A stretch of DNA of 64,000 nt, taken from assembly GCA_025594325.1 (NCBI GenBank), contig JANHCV010000007.1, positions 1,426,001 to 1,490,000 of the forward strand. Reading direction: 5' to 3'. How positions within the stretch are numbered: position 1 is the first letter of the stretch; the number at the start of each line of letters is the position of its first letter. The position numbers and the translations under genes are program-made. This stretch comes from Blastocladiella emersonii ATCC 22665 (taxonomy: Eukaryota > Fungi > Blastocladiomycota). A model generated the notes under the pieces. That model saw only the letters and a program-made list of their open reading frames with translations. It searched no databases and was not told where the DNA came from. Positions 10,751-22,927 of this stretch are shown one piece after another.

Positions 10751-13523
10751 ATGGCCACCTTTCCGCCGCCGCCCAAGGAGCGGTGGGCCACTGCGCCGAC
10801 CTCGGCGCTCCCCGGCTCTTTCCTGTCGCCCGCCATGCGCTCGTCGAGCGGCCACGACGGCGACCTCGTGGGCGGCACCCCGCCGCCCGCCACTGTCATC
10901 GTGTCGCCGTCCAAGTCCGCCGCGGGCAAGCGCCGCAAGGACTCGTCGGGCGGCGCCGCCGGCGGCGGGAGCAAGAGCCGCTGGTCGATCGTCGCGCTGT
11001 CGGGGCTCGGCGGGAGCTCGGGCTCGGGCCTGACTCTCGGCACCACCGCCGCCGCTGAACCGCCGCAGGTCGCGCCCACCGCTCTGTCGCCTGACCCGCT
11101 CGCCCAGCGGATCGCCAGCGACGCGGCGGCCGGCGCGATCCATCCGTCCATGGTCCTCACGACACCCACCATCCGCCCGCGCGCGCTGTCCCCGCCGCCC
11201 GCTGCATTCACATCGCCCAAAAGCCCACCGAGCGCGACCGCGGTCCCCGTCGTCCGCGTCGTGACGCCTGGCGGCGACGAGGCCGCAGCCACGCGCTTCC
11301 TCGCCACCCACTCGCGCAACGCGAGTACCAGCAGCTCGACGAGCGGCCGTGGCGAACGGACGATCCCGCGGTTCCGCATGCACTCGCGGCGCACCTCAGT
11401 CGCTGACGCCGTCGTGGAATCGGCCGGTACCGCTGCTCGGCGCGCCGGCGGAAGCGCGGGTGCCCGGCTGCGCCGCGCCGCCAAGGTCGCGCTGCAGATC
11501 CCGGACCGCGCCGTCGAGCGCGCCGCGCGCAAGCTGCGCCGGTGGGGCCGGCGCGGGTCCACGTCGAGCGCCACGGGGTCCGTCAGCGGCACGGGCGATT
11601 CGGACTCGGACTCGGTCACGTCCATCACGTCGTCGTCCTCGTACGACGACGGGGTGTCGACGCCCTGGACCACGTCGGGCCCGTCCTCGCGCCGGCCCTC
11701 TGCGGGCGTCGTCGAAGACCAGGCGTACATCAACGGTATGGCGTCGGGCCTGCGCATCGGCCACGGCCCGCCGCTGCCCATGCACCCGACCTGCCGGCTC
11801 GGGATCCCGCTCCAGTCGCGCACACGCCAGCTGCCGTCGCCTTACGACTCGGACACGAGCGATGTCGGGGTCCCACTGCTCACCGGTGGCGACCCGAGCG
11901 GCGGTACTGCGGTGGGCGGCGGGTGGACGACGTCGCCGCAGGTCATGTCGCCGCACCACTCGCCGCACAGATCGCCGATATCGCACCACACGGACCCGCT
12001 CCTCGCGCCGCAGCGAAAGCGGCTGGCCGTCTCGCTCGCGGCGCTCGCCGAGGGGCCCGTGAACCCGCTTCTTCTCTCCGCCGAACGCGGTAGCACGCTC
12101 GTGGCGCCAAGGCAGCAGGCGCGCCAGTGGCTGTTCACGCGGCTCGACTCGGCGCTGCGCCCGGTCCTCGGGCCCGTCGTGGTAGAGCTCGCGGGCGAGC
12201 ACCTGTACTCGGCCGACGTCGACCCGGCTCTCGCACCCATCGCACCGACAGCGCCCGAGTCCCTGTCGCTCGACATCCCCGTGTCCGCGACCCCCGCCGA
12301 CTCGAACGTCACCGTCATCCCGCCAACCACTGACGCGCAGCCAGCGCCACCACCGTCCACTGCCGTGTCGGGCGACAAGATTGAGGTTGAGTTCCTATGG
12401 CTCGGCTCCCTGCACAACGTGGTGGTCCTGGACATCGGCCTGCTCGCACGCGAGTCGACGAACCGCGTCGCCGCGTCCCAAATCCCCGAGCTCGCGGTCC
12501 AGGTCATCACCGAGACCCAGACGCTCCTCCTCCTCGCGCCCTCGGCCAAGCACAAGCGCCAGTTCCTCCAGTTCATCCCGTTCTCGTGCATCGAGGCGCG
12601 CCAGGCGCTCGTGTTCGGCCCGCCGCCCGCAGACGCTGCGGGGCCCGGCGACGCGCCGGCGAGGGCGGAGCTCGACGCGCTCGTTGACGAGCTGGTTGCG
12701 GCGCAGGCCGAGGTCGCGAGCCGGCAGCGGCGGATACAGGTCCGCGTCTACCCGGCGTCCTAGTGGCCAACCTCGCTGACGATTTAAACACACGTAGGAC
12801 AAAATGGCTGCCGACTCAGCCGAGTTCGCACGCCTGCACGACCTGCTGACGGACCTCGACCTCGTCTCGCACTCGCTCCTGTCCGACGCCGTAGGCGAAT
12901 CGCGCGCGCTCGCTGAGCGCAACATCGCGTCCGAGCTCGCCGCGCAGGCCGACACCGTGCGCCACGTCCACGCGCAGCACCTCACGCGCGTGCGGAACCG
13001 GTCCAAGGTCCTCGCGTCGTATCAGGCCCAGATCGCGGCAGCGCTCGACGCGCCCTCTGCGACGGGCGAGCGGGGCGGCGCTGGTGCCGGCGGAGGGTCG
13101 CGCGGGTTCCGCATCGCGCGGATTGTTATTGGGTTCCTGGTGATTTGGGCGGCGGCGCGGATCGTCAACCCGTGGGGCGTGTTCACGGGCCGCTGGTCGC
13201 CACCACCGCCTCGAATGGCGGCGGCCAAGGAGGTCATGCTCGCGCCGCCGCCACCTCAGCCGCAACCGCCGGTCCGGACGCGTACCGTCGACGTCGCTAT
13301 CGAGACCACCGTGACGCGCATCGTGCACGTGGTGACGGTCACGGTCACGTCGAGCGTGTACGACGAGTGGCCCGCCGAGACGCCGCCCGTCGCGGTTGCC
13401 GTGGGAGGCGAGCAGAGGCCTGGACCTGATGCGGGGCCGCGGCCAACGGACCCGCCAGCGGCAAGGAGGGCGGGAGACGAGGGCGGAAGGCGTGAGGAGC
13501 GGCCATGGTGGGTCGTGTGGTAG
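10751..13523 (+). CDS. Hypothetical ~900-aa protein: Ser/Pro-rich disordered region, PH-like domain, coiled coil, single TM, Pro/Thr-rich tail
   Basis: ORFs 10736-12763 and 12804-13523 are joined by a 58-nt phase-0 intron 12740-12797 (CAG|GTCCGC...GCTGAC...CGTAG|GAC AAA ATG). PH-like segment KIEVEFLWLGSLHNVVVLD...LAVQVITETQTLLLLAPSAKHKRQFLQFI. TM segment IARIVIGFLVIWAAARIV. Confidence 0.72.
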
Positions 13524-13716
13524 AATACATCCTTGACTTACTGTGACTATTGGCCTGCTGTTGGGATCGCCACTTTTCAGCCAGTCCAAGTGGCGCAACG
13601 CGACGAGGTTCATTTCACGTGTTATCGCGACGCGTCTCTGCGCGAACATGCAACCCGCACAAATGCTCCTCTGGTGACGTGTAGATGCAGATGTTATATA
13701 ATAGTGAAGGGAACCA

Positions 13717-14868
13717 CTATGTGGCGTTACGGAATACCAAGTCCTTGAGCGACGCGGGTGCTGCGTTCCGGATAGCCAGCTCGCCAACATCGGACGTGAT
13801 GCGCGTGTCGCACAGGCGCAATTTCTCGAGGAACGGCGGGATGTTTCGGGCGAGGACGAGCCCCGAGCGGTCCGTAATGTTGTGATTCGTGGAGAGATCG
13901 AGTTCGCGCAGCGTCGCAGGGACGAGTGCTTCCAACGCTGCGTGCATCGACTGGGCAAGCACAAGTAGTGCAGCAGTCCCGACGTTATTCACGCTGACGT
14001 CGTAACCGATTCGTAGCGCGGGTTACCCGAGAAATCGAGGTACTCGAGCTGCGGTGGCCACTGCCACGAATCCAGCCAGTTGCTGTTCGCGGTGTCAAGG
14101 ATCCACGAATTGCTGAGGGTGAGTGAAGTGAGTGTCGTGGGGAAGCGAAAGTGCGAGAGGCGCTCGCAGTCGATGGTGCAGCCCTCCAAGTGAAGCGAGG
14201 CAAGTGCCTGAGTTGGGTGAAGCATGGCAGCGTTGAGAGCCTCGATTCCGCGCTTGGTGACAGGCTGGTACTCGATGGCGAGCTCGGTGAGTGTTCCGGC
14301 AGCGACCGCATCGACTGCACGGAATATGCCGGCATCCGCCGCAATGCGCCCATCGGTGTCCTATCCACGAGAAGTCGCGAAGTTTGACTCGAGTGTCAGT
14401 AGACGATCGCGCAAAAAAAAAAGAAGAAAAAATGCATCGTACTATCCAACTGCGCTGTTGGTCGTCATAATTCGCTTTCGGGAAGCCGAGCGCTGCACGA
14501 ACACGGCGGCCAACAATATTGGGAGGCACTGCAGGGAGCGGCGCGCACGAGTCACGGAACCAATCAAGCGTACGAAGATCCGCGCTCACGAACGCAAACG
14601 CGCCGATAGCCATTGGGAGACGCGACGCAAGCCGTTTGTCAAGAAGCGCAATGTGGCCGCGATGCACAGCAGCCCCCAAACTATGGTGATCAGAGTGATT
14701 GAGAATGGCCTTGTGGACGCGCGGGATGAGGTTTGCATGCGTGACCCGGGCAAGCTGCTGGAAGCTGTGGGTGTCCTTGGGGAGGGGGGGGGGCAACAGC
14801 CACACGGCATAGAGGAGCACCCGCTCGAGGACCTCGGGAACGTTGAGATCGATAGGCATCTTTTGCAT
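13717..14868 (-). pseudogene. F-box-like / ankyrin-like / RNI-type LRR gene with one apparent frameshift
   Basis: An 82-nt phase-0 intron 14442-14361 (GTACGA...TACTGAC...GATAG) joins the first two ORFs. LRR motifs LASLHLEGC, LTSLTLSNS, LEYLDFSGN, LRELDLSTN, LEKLRLCDT. A frame change at about 14020 (CCC run after FSGN) cannot be explained by a plausible intron; it is either a pseudogene or a sequence error. Confidence 0.6.
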
Positions 14869-14997
14869 CAGCTTACATGCGAGGTTTCGCGGCGGGGCAA
14901 AGGATGGTGGGGACGAGGGAAGCGGAGCGGGTGAGCGGTGGCGTTACTCGCCCTCGCGAGGCCTTTGGGCATCACGTGAATATCAGGCGGAATGTGC

Positions 14998-15019
14998 GAG
15001 ACGCGTTTCGACGCGTCTC
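14998..15019. other. Perfect 9-bp hairpin with TTCG loop containing two ACGCGT sites
   Basis: GAGACGCGT-TTCG-ACGCGTCTC. The minus strand reads GAGACGCGTCGA, the same 12-nt core as the composite element. A CACGTG lies about 15 nt downstream. Confidence 0.5.
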
Positions 15020-15578
15020 CCAGCTGTCCCTTCCCACGTGCGCAACCTTATCGGGGCTGCCAAAGTGGAGATAACCCTGTACGAGGCCCCCGGGGACCCG
15101 CGGGCGGCATCGGGCCGGCAGGGGCATCCACAAGGCGCGCGCTCGGATTGTCTCCCGACACGGTTTTTGGTGACCATGGACAGCCGCGGAAAAGAAACGG
15201 CTGCCTCAGTGCACGCGAGGAACCGGAGCCACGCACGTGCTCGTCTTGACGCCTTCGCTGAGGAGTCGGGACCGCAATGCCCGCGCTCAGGGAAATGTCG
15301 CCCACCACATGGATATCAGTCTCTGGCCAGACCGAAAGCGCACGCAAGCGCACGCTGAGGTTGTTTCGGCAAGTCTCGCAGCCCGCCCGTGCGTGTGCGC
15401 CGCCTCCGGTTGTGGCGGGTCAGGCGGACGCGCTGACTCGCTTCTGCCGGCTCTCCCTCCGCCCCTCATCCTATCCACGGCGTAGCACCCTGTGCAGCAC
15501 CTGCTAGACACTCCGGCTCGACTCAGACTACGACGACGCTGCCTCGATTGCGTGCCACACCCGTCCGACCCACCGACC

Positions 15579-18500
15579 ATGACTGAGCACAGCAGAGGCG
15601 TGGACTCGCCCGGCGGACCCGCCTTTCTCGCTGACGGCGTCGGCGGCGGCCACAAGTCGGTCGCAGGCGGCAAGCGCGCCGGCCTCAAAGACGTGATGCG
15701 GCCCTGCGCCGTCGAGCAGGCCATGTTCTCGGTTGCCTACATCACGACGCGCGACAACGAGCTTCCGCCGCTCGCCTCATGGTGTCTGACGGTACGATAC
15801 GCGCGACGGTGGCTCCACGCGTTCCGTCTGATCCGCTCACGCTCGCACCTTGTCTAGATTGTCGAGGACATCCAGTGGCTGGCGTTTTCGTGGCGCTTCA
15901 TCTCCGACATGCCATGGATCCTCACGGCCATCGTCGAGCCGACGCGGTTCCTGACGACGTACTCGAGCTTCGTCGTCGCGAACTCCATCGGTACGCGTTC
16001 CTCCCACCTAGCTTCGAAAACTCGAGACTGATTGACACCTCGCTCGACCGCGTAGGCATCGCGCTGGTCTTCACCGTGGTGGTCCTCATCGCGGCCGTCC
16101 TGATCGCCACGCACCGCGAGGCCAAGGTTCCAATTCCGGCCCTGCGCGTCCTACGCGTGCTAGGTACCCTGCTCATGACGGCGCTCAGCATCCCGATCGC
16201 CTCGCTGTTCGTCGGCGGGGTTCACTGCATCGGCGGCGTGATCCCCGAGTACGGCGTCGCGTGTGCCTCGTCGCAGCATCTCCCGCTCCTCATCTTTGAC
16301 GCCATCGGCCTTCTCGTGTTCACCCCGCTCATCGTCGTCGGGTCCCTCGTGGTACGGCTTCGTCGCTATACTGCTGGGCGATTGAAAACTCACTGTCCCA
16401 CCTGTAGTTCATCGAGACTTCTCCGACAAGCGATAGCCCGCTGGCCCGGCCGCACGGCCGCATCGACTGCCTCGCTGTGACGATGCGCATCGCGTTCGTG
16501 TTCTCCGACTACTTCACGCGCGACCTCGACACCGCGGGCAAGTGGATCCACCTCGTGCTGGTCGCGGGCGGGCTCGCGTTCCTGGTCGTCAAGATGGCGC
16601 GCACGCAGCCCTACTACAACTCGGCCATGACGCACGCTCGCATCGGTCTCGCCGCGGCCGCTCTCGCCTCGTCGGTTGCGGCCATGGTCATTGTGGGCGC
16701 CGGTGAGCCAGCGAGCTGGTGGATTGCGCTGCCCGTCGCGTCGCTCGTGGGCCTGGTCGTCGGCGTGGCCGGTTCCAAGTGGTACTCGCGCCGGTACCTC
16801 GCCGAGACGATCCGGTGCTGGCACCGCGTGGTCCGGGCCGAGGTCGGCGAGAACGAGGGCTCGCGGCTCGTCGACGGTATGCGGTCGCCGGTGCGGTCGT
16901 CCGACCCGTCGGTCGCCAACACGGCCGCGCGCGCGTCGACCGGTCTCGCCGTCGCGGTGGAAGCGACATGGGATGCTTCGACGTCGACGGGGATCGGGCC
17001 GGGCAGCAACATGGGCATCGACGGCGTCAACCATGCGACGACGAAGGGTAACCAGAACCTCACGCTACACGTCGGCGGTGCCGGCGCGCCGGTACAGCGT
17101 CGGCTCAGCGTCGACCGCGGCTCGGTCCACACGGGCATGCCGCCGCGGGCCCGTCGGCCAAGCGTGGCGCCGTCCATCATCGAGTCGCTCGCCGCGGCCC
17201 AGGACAATGCCGAGTTTACCCTCAACGGTCTGCTCAAGGGCTCGTCCATGGACGCGCTCAACGTTCTCCGCGAGCGCCAGCCCAAGCGTCGGATCCGCGT
17301 GTTTGAGTCCCCGCTGCAGGTCGAAGTCTGTGCGTATCGCTCATCACTCCGCCACTTCTAGCGCGAGCACTGACACTCTCTGCATACATTGATAGGCATT
17401 CGGTTTATTCGGTCGAACCCGACGGCCAAGCAGATCTCGCTTGGTCTCCAGCTGCTCGAACGCGGGCTCGTCGAGTTCCCCAACGATCCGCTCCTCCTGC
17501 TCCTCTCCGCAACGTACCTCTCGGCCTACTACAAGGAAGACGGCGCACGTGCCGCCGACGAGCTGATGCGCGAGCTCAACACGTCGCGGCGCAAGATCCC
17601 GATGACCGTCGCGTTCCTCGTCTACGTCCGCGAGCGGTCGGCGCGCGACCAGGGCGAGCACCTCCTCGACCGCGTGTCCATGGCCGCGCTGGCGAAAGAA
17701 GTCCGAGGGCATCACCTCGCGGCCCTCTACGGCATTCGCGACCTGTGGGAGAGCGTCCGCACGTCGGCGCCCGCGCACCAGATCACGGATATCGTCGGCC
17801 GCCTCGCCGTGTACCAGGCCGGCGCTGCGAGCTGTTACACGCGTCTCCTTGTGATCAACCCGCGCGACAAGAACACGCTGCGCAGCTATGCCCAGTTCCT
17901 CCACTGCGTCGAGGCGGACGCGGCTAAGGCGACGCAGGTCCTCGAGCTCGCCGAAGAGGGTACGCCTTTGCGATGGTCGCATTCGATAGCCACCGAAACT
18001 AACCTTACCCTTTTATGTAGTCGAGACGCAGGAATCGCGCGCTATGACGCAGGAGCACCACCAGAGTCGCGTTGCCACCTCTTCGAGACCGATCAAGGCG
18101 ACGGCCGCGCTCGAGCCGGCCATGGAGACAACGACGGTCGCGACCCCGTCGGCCGACAAGCTCGCGACCGTGTCCTCGGTCGAGCTCGACGAGAGCCTGA
18201 CGCACAGCAACCAGATCATCCTCGACGATCACGTCCACGGCGCCGTCGCGCAGTTCAAGAACATGGACCGAGTCAACAACAGCTTCGGCGGCGACGGCAA
18301 GTTTGACCTCGTCGCTGACAACACGCGCATGAACGCCGGCCGCGCCGGGTCGCACACGTCGGGTACCTCGGCCAGTCGGACCCAGCGGCAGGCCCTGCAG
18401 ATGCGCCGCAGCCTCCTCGAGCGCGTGTCGCGGCCGCTGAACAGCAACAAGCTCATGGTCATCTCGTGCCTCCTGTTCCTCGGCTCCATCATCATTGGGT

Positions 18501-20266
18501 TCTACGCGTGCCTGCTCTTCTTCAGCGGCACCTCGACGCTCCTCGACCGGTTCCGCCTGATGCGCAGCGCCCGCGCCGCCGCGAACACGGCGCTCGAGTC
18601 GGTACGTTGCTTTCTGTCGTCCTCGTTGTGAGGCTCACGCTGACTTGATTGCCCACGCACAGGTCCGCAACGTCATGTTCTTCAACATGTTCAAGCTCTA
18701 CGACTCGGTCGCGACATCCGTCGCCCTGCTCAAGACGCAGATCGGGATCATGTCGGCGGCGCTCCCCAACCTCGCCTCGTGGGATACGGCCGCCGACATA
18801 ACGCCGGCCAAGTTCCGACTGTACCAAGCACGGTTCCTGACCAACATCAACAACTACGTCGCCATGGACGCGACCCCGCTCGACGTCTACCGCATTGTTC
18901 TGCAGGCGGCGCAGATCACGCTCGCGTACACAGCACCGGGCGCGTTCACCCCGGCCATCTGGACCTCGATCCCCGAGCTGCGGATCCTGACCGACAACCT
19001 GCCCAACGTGTTCGCCGGGCTCAAGGCTATCAGCCAGGCGAGCGTCGACGAGTACTCGAGCCTCGTCGCCACTAACCTCGGGATCATGACGCTGTGCTGC
19101 GTGTCGTCCGCTGTCTTTCTGTGCGGCGCTGGCATCGCCGTGTACCACTCGGTGCGTCGAACCGTCTTGCTTTCACGGCACCTGTCGCTGACGCTCATCA
19201 ATTTTAGGTCGTCCACCGGTACTTTGTCAACGAGGACCACGTCGTCACCCTGCTCCGCAGCCTGCCCAAGCGCGCCGCGTCGAACCTGCTGACGCAGATC
19301 GAGGAGGACATCGAGTCGTTCCGCGAAATCACCGACGAGGACGACTTCGAGGCCAGCGACGCGGGCGAGGCCAAGCAGCTGTCGGCGGCGCGCGCCGCCG
19401 GAACTGGCCGCGTGGTCACGGACCGCCGGCGCAAGTTCAAGATCATGGTGCTGGCCGCGATCCTGGCCATCGGCGGCATGGCGGCGGGTATGTTCACCGT
19501 CACGATCCAGTCGTCGTCGCTGCAGAACGACATGGCGCGGCTCGTGCTGTCGAGCGACCGGCGGTTCAACGTGGTCGTCGCGCGCTTCTTCTCGCTCGAG
19601 TTCTACTCGCCCGACACGACCGTGTCGGCGGCGTCGTCGGTCCGCAACAGCCGGTCCGCGATGCTCGACCTGATCGACTCGCACTCGCGGCTGGTCCGCG
19701 ACACGGACGGGATCGCGTCGATTTTGCCCGCCGACTGCATCTACCCGCGCAACTGCGACGTGCCGAGCAACTGCCCCGATCTGCAGGAGGACCCGGCGTC
19801 CGGGCTCACGCGGTCGGTCGCGTCGCTGCCCCTCGACACCGAGATCCTGCGGTTCGCCGACGCCGAGGACCAGGTCATCAACACGATGGCCATGGCGACG
19901 ACCAACATCTCGGACACGACCACGGCGTCGTACCGCACGTGGCGGCTGTCGCTCGCGCTGGCGACCGACATCCAGACGCGGCTGACGGCCATGCACACGA
20001 GGTTCGAGCTCTACATGACCAGCCGCGTGTCGTACAGCTCGACGCTCTGCATCCTCATGTTCGTGGCAACGCTCGTGACCAGCGTTATCGCGATTCTTGT
20101 GTTCGTCGTGTGGGGCGTGCAGCGGCTCCGCCACGAGGCGCGCACTCTGACGGCGGTGATGCACCTGATCCCCGGCCCGATGCTCAAGGAGGCGCCCGCG
20201 CTGCTCAAGTTCATCGAGTCGGGCGGCGTCGCGCTCGACATGGACGCTGCGGGCGGTGGTGAGTAG
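15579..20266 (+). CDS. TmcB/TmcC (tiny macrocysts)-like multi-pass membrane protein with TPR-like region
   Basis: Multi-exon chain of ORFs; the first intron is 15792-15857. N-terminal TM bundle with FIETSPTS..PLARPHGR, then TPR-like helices (LLERGLVEFPNDPLLLLLSATYL; YTRLLVINPRDKNTLRSYAQFL), then repeated TM-helical hairpin units ending LMHLIP...LLKFIE. Confidence 0.78.
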
Positions 20267-20914
20267 GCGAGGGTGCTCCTTTGAGGTTTGATATCCAATG
20301 TATGAACTTGCTTGCGCGTGAGCTTTAGTCCTTGCCGCTCTTGAGGTTGGGCAGTCAACAGACCCGAGAGCGTGGCTCAGCAATCCCCGCGCGCGGCGGT
20401 GGCTCAGCGGGAGCGGGAGTGGCGCAGCCACGGTGACGCGATGGTCATGTCGCGCAGCTCGACGTTGCCGCAGTTCCGAAGGAGCACGTTGCACTGGTAA
20501 TGGAGGCTTCGGCGGACCTGTAGTCGACGAAAATGCGCGGAAACTGGCCGAAGCTGAAGCCGTACTCCGCACGGCCTTTCCCGTGCGTTCGGAACACTTA
20601 TCATATTCCGCTGGCCTAATTCCGCTCATTTGAGAGTGGGAGTTACACTGATCGAGCAGGTAATGAAGTCGATGAATCGCGTGACAGCGACCTGAACAGT
20701 GACGGAGCGCGGCCGCGTCGCAGGTCGCGTCGCGTCTCGCTAGGCACTCTCTCCAAACAACTCCGCATAGCCCATGAATGTTCACGTAACTTGCTGAAAC
20801 TATGTCCTCGAATCAAACCCTACCATGGACGTCATCTGCGGAGCTTAATTACGCGACTGAGGTCCCGCCGCTATCAACGAGACGGCCTTCACGGCGGCTG
20901 GGGCCGCCGAGTCG

Positions 20915-22692
20915 ATGGTAATTGGCTCGCACGTGTTGAGATCAAATTCTCCTGCGAACTCTACGACAGTTAGTGGGTTTCATCCAAGCGAACACGAAGG
21001 CGCGATGCGCCAACACCAGGTCGAGCCGTCGCTCACCATGCCGCACGCGCCGCGCGAGTCGGTCAACATCGACACGGACACGCGGCCGCACTCGTGCCCG
21101 GACTGCGGGCATCGGTTCAATTGCCTCGAACACGTGCGTCGGCACGCGCGCATCCACTCGGGTGTCCGTCCCTACCCGTGCACGCACCCGGGTTGTACCA
21201 AGACCTTCTCGCGCATCGACAACCGAGCGGATCATCTCAAAACACACGCACGCAAGGCGGCTAACCGAGGCGCGACGGCTGACGGCCCGTCCGAGCCGCC
21301 GATGACCCCGCTCGTTGACACGCTCGCCGTGGGTAAGGTAAAATTAAGCGACTCGAATCATGCTGGCGATGATGATCGCGTATCCACTTCTTCCTTGTCA
21401 TCCTGTCCTGCTTCTCCAGAGCTTCCAGGCGAGCAACAGCGAGTTTTCGAAGCGGCAGCGGTGCCGCTGCAAACTGATGGACTGGTTTACCCTACCGCTT
21501 TGCTTCATCCAGCCTTGCTCGTGCGCTCACCTTCGCCCACTTGCTCGGCAGTACATGAATCGGAAGCGAACGAACTGGCGCCGTCGCAGCAATGCGAGCC
21601 CGGCGGCGGCAGTACGAGTACGGCCGGGCTCGGGCGACGCTTTATCGTGCCCAGGCACCCCGACAACCCGCTGCTGCCCCTCCCTCGCGGGCGGCCGCGA
21701 CTCGCGGACAGCGGCACGGGACCGGCGCTTTGGGGCTCGATTCCCGCACTACCACCCACGGACCTGGACTCGCGGCCGCACTTGTGCACGGACTGCGGGG
21801 AGCGGTTCAAGATTGCCCATCACCTGCGCCGCCACGCACTTATCCACACGGGTGCGCTTCCTTACCCGTATACGTACCCCGGATGCGACAAGGCCTTCTC
21901 GCGCTCCGATAACCGCACGCAGCATCTCAGGAAGACGCACGCGCGCCAGGCGAGCGCAGACGCGGCTACGGGCAAGTCGGTGTCGTCCGTCGGCAGCAGT
22001 AGTGGCGCGCCCGCGGATCCCGCAGGCGACGGCGAGGTAGCGGGCGAAGACGACGAGCGCCGTGTTGAACCAGCCAAGAAGCAGCGGAAACAGGTACGGC
22101 TTTCGCCTGGATTGAACGTCGTGGACCCAGTTCTCTCACACAAGCTGCTGCCGTTGCGAATGTCGCTGCCGCGCACACCGACCTGCCTGCACCCGCTGCG
22201 GTTGCGTTTCCCGAGGATGCCGTCGCAGCATCAACAGCTGCGCGAGCCCCGCAACTTGCTCATCCGCCTCCGTTCCCCGCGGGATCCGGCGACGGGCTCT
22301 TCCGCTCGGCCTGCTTGGACATGCTTCCACCGCCGCCACATGTTGCTTGTCAGCACCTGCCGCAACGTGATGATCTGTTCCTGGTAGCGCATCCGTTCCC
22401 GCACTACTACTCGGAGCCACCGCCGTTGTGCTCACCTCCGAGCCCCGCGCATCACCAACACCAGCGGCCCTCGACGCTGTACCACCCGTACCAGCATCGC
22501 CCGATTCATGTCCATCAGCCGCAGCCTCACCTACCTCACGTCTTTGCAGCCAACCCGATCAACACACCTGCGCCGCTGCCTTGTGGCTCGGCCCTCGACC
22601 CGTCGAGGTTCCTCGCACTTGAAGATTGGGCGGCGACGCGTCCGTCATCGGTCCAGCGCGCCCGGGCTGCCGTGCCCAACCCGTGGCAGTGA
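20915..22692 (+). CDS. C2H2 zinc-finger protein with two finger pairs (4 fingers), diverged paralog of the 4995-8301 gene; apparent frameshift near 22070-22145
   Basis: Pair 1 CPDCGHRFNCLEHVRRH...CTHPGCTKTFSRIDNRADH; pair 2 CTDCGERFKIAHHLRRH...YTYPGCDKAFSRSDNRTQH. It shares non-finger motifs with gene 1 (ALLHPA, (V/I)PRHPD(D/N)P.LP.PR.RP, FLALE/YLALE). The C-terminal homologous part lies in the frame of ORF 22315-22692. The start is uncertain (ATG 21005, or an upstream exon from 20802). Confidence 0.75.
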
Positions 22693-22927
22693 ACCGCACC
22701 GCCGCCGTGGATCCGGAATGCACGAACGGCGCCGTCTGAAGATGTATCAAATTTATTACACGCTGAACCCTCCTTCTCCCACCTCGTGAAACCGCCGAGA
22801 AATCGCACGCGTCGTTCATGCACCACATGACCGCAGGCAGCGCCCCGTTTTGGCCTGAGCGGCAGAGCCGGTCGCCTCCTCCCGCAAAACTTGAAGCTCC
22901 CATGAATCTGTCTTTTAACTTGCTGAA

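Noticed and set aside
18887-20785. Long antisense/shadow ORFs (also 34005-35321, 53245-55278, 58856-61513, 59970-61586, 60153-62210)
   Set aside because: They overlap well-supported genes in other frames or strands and are expected from stop-codon scarcity at high GC.
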